Shown: piece after piece, positions 28,238 to 38,911 of the stretch
Layout of the letters: each line of letters starts with the position of its first letter
How positions within the stretch are numbered: the stretch's first letter is position 1
Assembly: GCA_964016885.1 (NCBI GenBank)
Contig: OZ024743.1
Span: 203,546,001-203,610,000 of the forward strand
Direction of reading: 5' to 3'
DNA: 64,000 bases
DNA from: Eledone cirrhosa
Lineage: Eukaryota
Translations under genes and position numbers: made by a program
Notes under the pieces: generated by a model
Databases searched by the model: none
Seen by the model: only the letters and a program-made list of their open reading frames with translations
Told to the model about the DNA's origin: nothing

Positions 28238-28419
28238 AATATAAGGAACTGTTTCATTGTTTTATTCATTATTTTTTTTATATTTTATCTTGACTCTGTA
28301 TTCCGTTTATCTTTCACCGAAAGTGATTTTTCATTGCATCTCTTCTTTCCATGATATCCGGATTACATTGAGTTCTTCATACGGATTGGACACTACCGTA
28401 AACTCTTGGTAGATTTATC

Positions 28420-28471
<52 letters not shown>

Positions 28472-28566
28472 TTGGAGATGTTTAATTATTTCTTTTGTGT
28501 CAGTTTAAGTGTGTGTTTTGTTGTATCTATATTTATATATACATATATTTGTACATATACTTCCAG

Positions 28567-28717
28567 GACGGCGTGTTCCCTATGACAAGAATATAATTGT
28601 TATGAAATTGAAAGCTATAGATCCCACAGCTTTTTACACAGTTTGTGCTTTATGCATCGTTGGTGTTTCACTGGCTATATTCTTTTTGGCATTCAATTTG
28701 TACAATCGCAGTCTCAA
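28567..28717 (+). CDS. Internal exon of a GABA-B receptor-type class C GPCR (stalk plus TM1; resembles invertebrate GABA-B R3/R2)
   Basis: cttccAG acceptor and GTAAGT donor; encodes (G)RRVPYDKNIIVMKLKAIDPTAFYTVCALCIVGVSLAIFFLAFNLYNRSL(K), matching the GABA-B TM1 FLxFN..R..K motif; phase 1 to phase 2. Confidence 0.88.
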
Positions 28718-28850
28718 GTAAGTAACCTTAGTAATAACTCTATTAAATAAATGTACATATATGCATACATACAGACATGCATGCATGCATGCATACATAC
28801 ATACATACATACATACATACATACATACATACATACATACATACAAACAT

Positions 28851-29193
28851 ATGATGGCTGCCCCCTCGTTATCGAGTATGGCCATTGCACGATATACCAT
28901 TATTAATAATTATTAATTAATTCTATCGTGCAATGTCTGTGCGTGAAGATATTTTTTAAAGTGAGGAAAGACTGTGCACTGAGCCAATCCCACTCTCTGA
29001 GAGACAGTAGCTATAGCCCGAAAAGATCAACATCATCGGTAACTAGTGAGCCGCAGGTTTTATATCTGAGTTATCCCAGTTTCCTGAGTTGCCTTCTCTT
29101 AGAAGAATGCCCTGAGAAAGGCTAGGGGTCCTTCACTCCCAGTGGTTTAACCCGCAATCGGGTGTCCAGCCCGACTATTTCTATGTCCCCGCG
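28851..29193 (-). mobile_element. Short non-autonomous RTE-like element (5' UTR joined to 3' tail)
   Basis: The minus strand has RTE 5'UTR-like ctaagagaaggcaactc..ataaaacc and RTE 3'-like ctcgataacgagggggcagccatcat, with no ORF. Motifs recognised from memory only. Confidence 0.5.
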
Positions 29194-29274
29194 CATATAC
29201 ACACACATGCACCCATGTATATACACATATACATATACATACATGTGTACATGTGTATATACATATTTACACAC

Positions 29275-29440
29275 TTTTGGATGGCTGTTGACCCTTATGA
29301 ATTCTTCCGCCCTTTGTCAGGTTTTGTTTTTTGTCCTGCAGGGTGTCCAAAATCACCCTCCTCACCAAGTTAACTTGGTCGGGTTGCCGGTTTAGTCGCC
29401 TACGACCCGACCATGCGACAAGTTGTACTGGGTTATCCGA
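29275..29440 (-). mobile_element. RTE-like 5' UTR fragment
   Basis: gtcgtaggcgactaaac motif typical of RTE 5' ends; lies between CATA-type repeats. Confidence 0.4.
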
Positions 29441-29497
29441 CATACATACATACATACATACATACATACATACATACATACATACATACATACATAC

Positions 29498-30243
29498 CAC
29501 CTTGAGGGATATCTCTATGCAATACAGGAACAAGAACTCCCTACCAAATATCTGCTGCACAAAAGTGGAGGGCCATCAGCTGACAATAAATGTAGGCTAT
29601 GTAAAACAAAGATCGAAGATGTAAGCCACTTTATTGCCAGCTGCGAAAGAATGTCATCTTGCTACTACCTCTCCATGAGACACGATGGGATAGCTAGAAC
29701 CATCTGGAACGCACTTCGGAAAACAAAATTAACAACAAACGAGGAAGAATATATTGAGACAGATGGCACTAAGGAATACTGGTGGAACCTGAAAATAAAA
29801 ACTGCCACCAAATTAAAGCACAACCGGCCTGATATTGTTGTTTGGGACCACACATTGAAAACGTGTTCTGTTGTGGAGATCAGCTGCCCACTTGATGTAA
29901 ACGTTGTCAGAAAAATACAGGAGAAGGAGGACATCTACGGACCATTGATGAGGAGTTTACAAATCCAGTATCTAAGATACACCTTTAGCTTCATACCCTC
30001 ATTATTGGTGCTACGGGTTATATACCAACCCGCTTGGACCAAAGTATGACTGAACTTGGATTTGCGGACAAAAAGCGCAGCTCCCTAATTCATAGTCTAC
30101 AAATGGCTGCGATAGCTGACACCTTCAACATTTGCAAAACATTCTTGTGATTCAAGGGATGACAATTTCTTTTCATTTACAACCTTGCCCCCAGGAAGGT
30201 GGCCGGTCAAAAAAATATACTCGAAATTAAGATAAAGAGATAA
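29498..30243 (+). mobile_element. R4/Dong-clade 3' fragment in (CATA)n, inverted relative to 25975-26912
   Basis: HLEGYLYAIQEQ..CRLC..RHD..NRPDIVVWD..VEISCP; nearly identical to the minus copy; (CATA)n on both sides. Confidence 0.9.
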
Positions 30244-30399
30244 CATACATACACTGGCTGCATCACGGTTTCAAGAATTGCCATTCCTTAAACCTTTTCT
30301 CACACATGGGTACCACGAACAAAATTTTATCCCTGTCAAGGGTTAGATACCTTTTTACATATGCTGCAGAGAAAGAAAAAAGGCCATTCCCACGCTACA

Positions 30400-30553
30400 C
30401 AGGCCAACGTAGAAGGTCACACGCCATGCTTTGCAGCATATAGTTACGGCCCTATACGGTATGAGTGCAAATCCTTTCGGCGTCGATAAAGCAAAGCACC
30501 AGTAATGCACTGGGTAATTCCTGGCTTTGTGCCAAAAGTAGAAACAATTATTA
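30400..30553 (+). mobile_element. Degenerate tRNA-derived SINE
   Basis: atcctttcggcgtcgataaa..accagtaatgcactggg..ttgtgccaaaagtagaaacaatta; similar to 32238-32425. Confidence 0.65.
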
Positions 30554-30621
30554 AAGCTAACTGTATTGGCGACTGTATTTTCAAATTTCACATTTCACAA
30601 TGCTTCTTAAATCACCTAAAG

Positions 30622-30944
30622 CAGGGGTGTGCAACATATTCCATCGCATCGCCGGGTCACTTTTTAACATTGGAACAACTATTAGGGCTATTAATATTTA
30701 TTAAGTACTATTCCAAAGATTCACCACAACTTCTTTCCATAACATGGAACTGGGAAATTATAACACACATAACCCTATTAGTGAAGCCCTTTAGTATAGG
30801 TCAACTAACAGAAAATTGTATTACAGTTACAAAAATAATTCTAAATAAGCCTACAAGGTAAAAATTAAAAACGGTCATCGCGCGCCACTCTGATTGGTCT
30901 GGCGGACCTGATTGTGGCCCGCGGGCCTCCTGTTGCACACACCA
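30622..30944. mobile_element. hAT (Charlie-like) MITE
   Basis: caggggtgtgcaac ... ggcccgcgggcc..gttgcacac termini. Confidence 0.6.
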
Positions 30945-31324
30945 TATATATGATATAGGTCCTACATAAAATAAAAAAAGATATATATATACATATGGAA
31001 GGTATATGGGTCTAGGCACATGTGTGGGTGCATGTGTCTGCACCTGTATATGTGTGTATATGTATATGTGCGTGTGAGTATGCATATATTGGGGGTGGGC
31101 GTGATACGTTTTTGATTGCGAGCTTATAGTTTATATATGTACACCTTTATACTTGGAGAAAGTATTCTAATTCGAGTTATTCAATTATGACTTGATTTAA
31201 TTAATTATTCAGAAGACCCGGTGTGCAGTTCATGATCTTTGTATTGTAAGTCCTTGTACCAGATGACTAAGTTCGACTTCAGGGAAGTTCAGTTTTTAAA
31301 GTCTGTATTTCCACATTTAAAATG

Positions 31325-31480
31325 TAGCGAATTCTGAGTCATAAGAGTGTCGAATAGGATGTTTTGCGTTAGTTGTTTGGGATCTCTACACTCAGAGTTC
31401 AGATGCCCTCGTTTGTCTTTCGTCTCTTCGGGTCGATAAAAACAGTACCAGTCTATTACTGGAGTCAATTCTATCCTTGT
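31325..31480 (+). mobile_element. Degenerate tRNA-derived SINE
   Basis: gagttcagat..ttcgggtcgataaaaacagtaccagt core. Confidence 0.55.
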
Positions 31481-31609
31481 TTGAGAGAAATCAGCCTTCT
31501 TCAGGGCTCTGTCAGGGTTAAAAACTACGACGGCGCCTCTACAACTCCATTGAGGGTTAAGATGGATTCTTGGATGCCGACATCGGCAGAAAAAAATATT
31601 TTGGTCGCT

Positions 31610-32055
31610 TGTTACCAAAGAGCCAGAAGATTGACAAATCGGCCCTAAATATGACTAAGAAAGCCATGAACGATACCACATCTTTTTAACTTTGATTTTG
31701 AAATTTTGAAAGAAGTTGGAGGAATCATAGACGCTGGTGATCCTGGTCTGAAGTTCGATCCTGGTCGGGAGTAGGGTTCCCGGTAAATCTTTTCAGTTTT
31801 TTTTCTATGGGATGTAAAATAAAAACTGCAAAGATTACATGTACTTCTTGACAAGGATTGAACCCGTGACCGAGACCTCCACCATCTCTACTACCTACCG
31901 CTAGGCCACTGAGGCAACTACTAAAATTTACTGAAAATTCATACTTATAAACCTACTTTCAAAATGTTCAATACAAAATGATGTGGTTTTGTTCATGTCT
32001 CTCTTAATGTTATTGCTCTACTTAAGGTCGACTTCTAAATCATGTGGGTGTTCCA
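31610..32055. mobile_element. Fold-back element with inward-facing tRNA-like arms (copy 1)
   Basis: Imperfect inverted arms (gaaagccatgaacgataccacatc / gatgtggttttgttcatgtctctc); B-box gttcgatcc on the + strand, and A-box tggcctagcgg plus B-box ggttcaatcc on the - strand. Confidence 0.6.
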
Positions 32056-32141
32056 TAAACTACATCCTCGTTTTGTTTCTCATCTATTTAGACTATATTT
32101 TAACCTGTAATCCATGTTTCATTTCTGTCGCACCTCATTTT

Positions 32142-32215
<74 letters not shown>

Positions 32216-32237
32216 ATTGGCATTATATATATATAAG

Positions 32238-32425
32238 GGCGGTGGATTAGCAGTATCGGTAGAGAGTCGGACGCCATGCTTTCCAGCATAGTTACGTCCC
32301 TTTACGGTCTGAGTTCAAATGCCGCCGAGGTTCACTTTGCCTTTCATCCTTACGGGGTCGATAAAATAGAGTACCAGTAATGTACTGGGTATTTGCTGGC
32401 CTTGTGCCAAAAGTTGAAACAATTA
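32238..32425 (+). mobile_element. tRNA-derived SINE with conserved central domain (octopus-type)
   Basis: ggcggtggattagcag..gagttcaaat..gcctttcatccttacggggtcgataaaatagagtaccagt. Confidence 0.8.
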
Positions 32426-32502
32426 TATATATATATATTATTTGTTTGTTAAAATAATTAAATTAAATTAATTCAACTGTTAAACACACATAGGAATAAT
32501 AA

Positions 32503-32831
32503 GGTTGTTACCATAGCGCCAGAAGAGTGACTAGTCGACCCTAAATATGACTAATAGCACTAGGAAAGCCATGAACGACACCACATCTTTTTAACTTTGA
32601 TTTTAAAAGTAGGTTTATAATTATTAATTTTCATTATACATTTGTAGCTGTCTCAGCAGCCTAATTGGAGGAATCAGAGCCGGTGGTAATCTTGGTCTCA
32701 ATTTCGATCCTGGTCGGGATTAGGGTTCCCGGTAAAATTTTTCAGTTTTTTTCTAAAAGATTACATGTACCTCTTGACAAAGATTGAACCCAAGACCAGG
32801 ATCGCCACCGTCTCAAGTACCTACCGCTAGG

Positions 32832-32834
<3 letters not shown>
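32503..32834. mobile_element. Fold-back element with tRNA-like arms (copy 2, truncated at (TA)n)
   Basis: Direct homologue of 31610-31910. Confidence 0.6.
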
Positions 32835-32906
<72 letters not shown>

Positions 32907-33914
32907 TACTGACCATTACACAAAATAATCCTAACAAGGACTGAACATAATAGAATCAAATTCCCATTGTCACTGCCTCCGTCTCTCTCGCTCTCCCCAT
33001 CTCTCACTATTATAAGCCAATGGGGGCCCACGCGCTGGCTGCTCCGTGGCTCCGGCGAACGTAACAGAAAAGGCGTTTCCCCGGAAACAAATACCCTTGA
33101 CCAGACATGAGTTTGCTGAATGTTAATCGCAATTTGAGCTCCTGTAGTTAATTGGGGGTTAGTACTTAGGGATTTGCGAAGTTCTTTAACATTTCTAATT
33201 TTGACTGAATTTGTATTGTTCATATTTATATCTGGGAAGGAAGTTCAATCGCAAACTATTGATAAATATTTTTCAAATCGAGTACTGCATTTGTTTAAAT
33301 ATAGTGGGTTAAAATGCGAGAGTTTCTTTTACATTTTATGCTATTAAACTGTATGTATTCACTGTCCTGTCTCTCATTTTCTATCTTTATCTGGGAGCAA
33401 TCTGCTGTACTCGAACCTGGAGAGGGTTGAGCTCCTCCACCAGGCTTAGAATGCCCAAGAAACGCCGTATGTCAATACGGTGCCTCTACGGTTCTACCAG
33501 GAGTTACGGGACCATACATATATATTATGATATTTAATGTTTTATTTAAAACCACTGGGTACAAAAACATGTTATCGTATATTTGTGCCAACATTGTTAT
33601 AGGTCAGTATATGCAATGTAAAACTGACCATGTTCAGGTTACAAAACTTATCTACCGTTCACCTGTACTTCACTTCATCTACCAACACACAGTTATCACA
33701 TCCAAACCTATTGGCTCTTCCTATATCAACCACACCACATTAGTCCTCTACCCCATTCAAAATTTCGTGATGAAGACGACAGATATTCTGATATTTATTA
33801 TGTTTTCTCCCTCTCCTTCTCTTTTACGCGCACACTCTCTCACCCTCTCTCTATCTATCTATCTAACTATCTCTCCTTCTTCCTGAAGAATGAATGAAAA
33901 ATTCCTAACTAGTA

Positions 33915-34620
33915 CGTGAGAGAATACTCTTCTCAACACGTTGAAGCTCCCCCTTGGTGGTAGCCAGTAAGCACAAATTTACCCACCTGCATTCAGTAGC
34001 CATTAGTAGTTCTCTCTGGCAGCTGTTAGCAGTGGTTAGCAGAAGAAGCCCGCCATGGAATACGCTATTGGATCGGAATATGGCAATAAAGAAGACCCTT
34101 ACTATACACACATCATGTGTGACTCAGGTGATCACACTCGGGATCTAACATCTTACAGGGCACTCGCATCGGAGTGGACTAACGCCTCAGCCTCCGCGTG
34201 TGTGAGCCACACAAGTGCCACTGTGGGACTGTCGTTGATGAGTATAGCCTGCACCAACTGTCATGCCGCCAGAGCGCATCCAGTTACCCCGACATGCTGC
34301 TTTCAACGACATATTGAGAAGGAGCCTGGATACACCAGGCTTCCCATCACAACTAGAGCCAGCAGGCCTCGACCGACGAAATTACCCTCTTCCCATTCGA
34401 AGGACGTAAATCCCTCATCTGGGATGCCACATGTTCTCCGCCTCCAACTTAGTAGCTTCGGCTACCAACCCCGGTACTGGGGCCCGCAATGCAGAGGACA
34501 GGAAGACAAGCAAATACAGGTGCTTGTCTGGCCGCTACCTCTTCGTACCGGTCACTGTTGAGACCCCAGTCGTACTCGGACCCGTAGTGCCGATCTCCTC
34601 CGTAATATCGGATCGTAAAC
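33915..34620 (+). mobile_element. CRE-clade RLE retrotransposon 3' fragment, decayed
   Basis: RPDEITLFPFEGRKSLIWDATC..AEDRKTSKYRCL..FVPVTVET..LGP; homologous to 14460-15060. Confidence 0.75.
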
Positions 34621-35329
34621 TGCCCATCCTTGCTTTTTCTCTCCTTTTCTTCTCGTTTATAGCATTTATAGCCGTATCTCCTACTTTCCTATACAGTCAG
34701 ATTTGCCCTTCTTTACCCATTCCTCTTCGGTTCGTTGCTTGGGTTTGTTTTTATCCTTTTCTTTTTCTTTCATATTTCCATCAATATTTTTAATGTTATT
34801 TATACAACTGTAATATTATTTTATAACATCGAATAAAAAAAAGCTTTCTTAATTTCATTAAAAAAATGATACAGCTGTATTGCTCACAACATTTAGCACT
34901 TTGTGACGAGACATTTATACATCGACCAAATTCAGCTTTGAATGTAATATATGATATGCTTTTAATATATATTGTTATATATACATGCGTCTGCGTACTA
35001 TATATATATTTGTGTTGTGCACAAACGTTGTCTGAGTTTGACAATCCAGAGTTCAACTATATAAATAATCGTTTAGTTCTTGTCACTTGCTATCAATGTA
35101 GTGAGAAATCTTCAATGTGTCCGAGTGTCATCCTTTCTTTTCCTTTAATGACCTGCCAGATTCAGGTATTTCCACGGATCCCTAGACAAGATTTTCCCAT
35201 ATCGATAATATCCATCGCATCTGGAATGTCTTTGCCAGATGCTTCAGTCGGTCGTTTGATTTTATAATTTCTGATGAACTTCATGTCACAGAGCCTCTAA
35301 ATTATCTTCTTCTTGCCTTATTGATATAT

Positions 35330-35530
<201 letters not shown>

Positions 35531-35689
35531 GGGGAGGGGGTTATCTATGATGATTATACCGACAAGCAAGAATAGGAAGATGAATGTAATGTACGAAGGA
35601 AAGATAATGAATAGTCTTTATGAAAATTCTTCAGAAATTATTAAATCAGATGACCGAACCATCTGACATAGACACTCCAGTTGCGATGA

Positions 35690-35804
<115 letters not shown>

Positions 35805-36384
35805 ATATATATATATACATATATATTTATAGGGTGGGAATGAGTTTGTAGGGGGTGAGCATGTGTTTATGTGTGTGTGTGTGTGTATGTGTGTGTGTGC
35901 CTTCATTTTATATTATGCAGGAAATTATAGTATCTTCTCGTTGAATTGTGAAATATATATTAATATTTTTATAGGCCCCCAGCTGTCGTATTTTAATTTA
36001 ATTTTAATGTTGAGCTCTTTGCAATGCAATATTGTACAGACAATGGGATACTATTTGTAAGTAATGGTATTTGAATACATGTACGCTAATTTTTTCTATA
36101 TAAACTGTAATTTCTAAATTGGTTTACTCTTTGTGTACCTGCCGATGACAGCATTACATGTGAAAATAATGTTATGAATATATAACTGTTAGAAACATAG
36201 CTCTGTCCTGAGTAAAACATGTTTATATTTATATATGTACTCATCTAATTTCCATCGTCACTACGTCTATATGATTCGATATATTTTATTGTTATAGTTC
36301 TGATTTTATTCTATTTGGATATTATATCATATTTTATTGAGTACTTCGATGTTTTTGTTGATGGATATCAGTCATTTTCCGACA

Positions 36385-36625
36385 AGTGTTGTTCAAACAA
36401 TAGAACAGCCTGCACGTGAAATTAACATGCAGCTCGTCGAGTAATTCTCGGAGAGATTCAGTGTGGTACAATGTGTGACAAGGCAGTCCCTTTGACCTCC
36501 AGGTAATACCGAAAAAACTGGATTAATGTGGAATATTGTCTTGCTCAAAACACAATGTATTGGTTAGAATCGATGTCATGGTCTAACGGTTGTGAGCCAG
36601 GCGCCATAAACACCAAACTAAGGAC
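36385..36625 (-). mobile_element. Degenerate tRNA-derived SINE
   Basis: Minus-strand tRNA-like head (gtttggtgtttatggcgcctggctcacaacc..tcgattc) followed by ttgagcaagaca. Confidence 0.5.
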
Positions 36626-37329
36626 CTTCAATATTCTGATAGATTGTACATGAAAAGTTATTTCTTATTGTCATGAGTGATATTTATTAATAAGCTTAAT
36701 ATGATAGTCACTATTAGTTTTTTAAAGTTACTGTTTAATGAGGATGAACGAGGACTTTTGGATGCAACGAATATTATGTCGTTTCAAAAGGTTAAGTTTA
36801 ATATATATTATATAAACTGCAGTTTCCAGTTAAATGTTATCGTCGTTAGTCTGCTGAGGAAGGCATTACATAGAGAGCTAATATTGTTGCGAAAAACAAT
36901 AGTTGTAATTCTATTTCAATAGAGTGTGTCACCTTTAGAGTGAGTAATTAAAATACCATTGTACGTAAAACATTCAAACATTAATTGAATGGGCACTCAA
37001 TTCGTGCAAGTAGAGAGCAAATGTCCTCTTCAGAAAAAAAACTTATATATACATACATGAGTATGTGTATATGTATACAAATATATTACCTATGTATCTG
37101 TGTGTGTGTTCGTGTGCGTGTATGTGTATGTGTAAGTGTAATTTCATTGACAGATATTACAACGTCTCGTTGTTTACAGTTTATTTGAAGGGTTTGAATA
37201 AGCCACCGTTGGAGAAAGGTTGCAGTCACTCTGAATAGCATTATATCATTTTACCCATATATTGAGCCTTTTAGACAGCCAAACTTTACTTTGTTTCTAC
37301 GCATATATTATTAACATTATTTTAAACTA

Positions 37330-38019
37330 TACTTATCCTCACCAACACCACACTCCTCAATGGGCCCAACGGCGAGACCTTTCGAACCAGGGACACCTTC
37401 AGCTGCATCTCCAGGACATCTGGCTCGGCAACTAATCTCCGTTCGCCCGTCATTTCCACTCCACCAGATACTTCGCACCTCACAATTTTCGGATTTGTTG
37501 CTTGCTTCGTACCCCCGGATTCATGCCTGAGGAGTGTACAGCACCTTATTTTTTCTTTCCAAACTTTTACTGGACACAGCCTAAATGTTCTGCTCCTTTT
37601 CCTTTAGCGTGCTCTTTCCCAATACCCACCTCCCATCAACTCTCACACAAACACATGTACACTACCAATGCACCAACACACCCATTAACTCACGTACATA
37701 AACACACTAACACACATAGGTACGAAAACACACAAACACAGCTAACTGATTAGTTAAAACAACACGATCATAGACATACATGTAATTTTACTAATGCTAA
37801 TTATAAACTAGCAGACCCTTCTCACACCAGCACACATGCTCAACTCCCAACACCAAACACGCCCACCCATACACATACGTAGATGCACCAACACAACTCT
37901 TGGCAAATACACACATTTAATTTTACTAACGCTACTATTTAACTAATTGATCATACTAACACGACCAACTACACTACACGGCCAACATTAACACTACACT
38001 TTTTACTATCAGTACATAT

Positions 38020-38061
<42 letters not shown>

Positions 38062-38300
38062 GCACACACACACACACACACACACTACCCCCACAACCAC
38101 CACCACAAATAGACACGACAAGGCGCCCATACAGTGACATTTACAACTACCCTACCTCCTCAAGACACCTTTACCCCATTCAGAATATGGCACTTTGTTC
38201 AGAGTATGGCACTTTGTCAAAAGTGCTAGTCAGCTCAACAGTTAAACTGTCCGGACCTTATCTTGATTCATGGATTTGTTATTGGTGATCATATCTTCGA
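37330..38300 (+). mobile_element. Decayed PLE 3' remnant (GIY-YIG traces plus CA-rich 3' UTR)
   Basis: ILTNTTLLNGPNGETFRTRDTFSCIS, RHFHS and QHLIF-like pieces; degenerate HHR-like cagttaaactg-tc near 38240. Confidence 0.45.
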
Positions 38301-38841
38301 TATTTCATCAGCCTCCAACTATCTAAGGTGACAATAAACATTTGATCTTCGTGTATATATATATATATATGTGTGCGTGTGTGTGTGTGTGTGTGTGTGC
38401 GTGTGCGTGTGCATGTGTGTGCGTGTGTGCGTATGTGTGCGTGTGTGTGTGTGTCTGTGTGTTGTAGTACACACTTGGTATACACATTCAAATGTTTAGA
38501 GATGAGAACTTAGTCCGTGAGACAAGTTATGTATAATCAGATTCAACAGTGGCAAACACAGATACTTAACTTTCGTTGTTTTTTTTACACCAACTCATTC
38601 ATTCTGCCATATATATATATGTGTGTGTGGGGGGGGGGGTATAATGTTATAGCTTGCTTGAAGCTTTGTCCCGAAATATTGGACAGATAAAGCAACAACA
38701 ATAACAACAAAACAAAACGAAGATTAGCAGGTAACTTTTACCATTTTGCATTTTTAAGCTCTATCTCTTTCAACGTTATATATATATATATTTATATACA
38801 TATATGTGTATGTATATATATAGAAAGAGATATATATAGAG

Positions 38842-38905
<64 letters not shown>

Positions 38906-38911
38906 GGATAT

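Noticed and set aside
31850-31922. tRNA gene
   Set aside because: A/B boxes are present but there is no proper cloverleaf; it is part of a repeated element.
33392-33452. HDV-like ribozyme (ggagc/gctcc and cctgg/ccagg pairings)
   Set aside because: No P3, P1.1, P4 or catalytic J4/2 could be assigned.
36138-36212. HHR-like CCGATGA ... GAAA catagctctg TC
   Set aside because: The core is altered and stem I is not convincing; a possible relic only.
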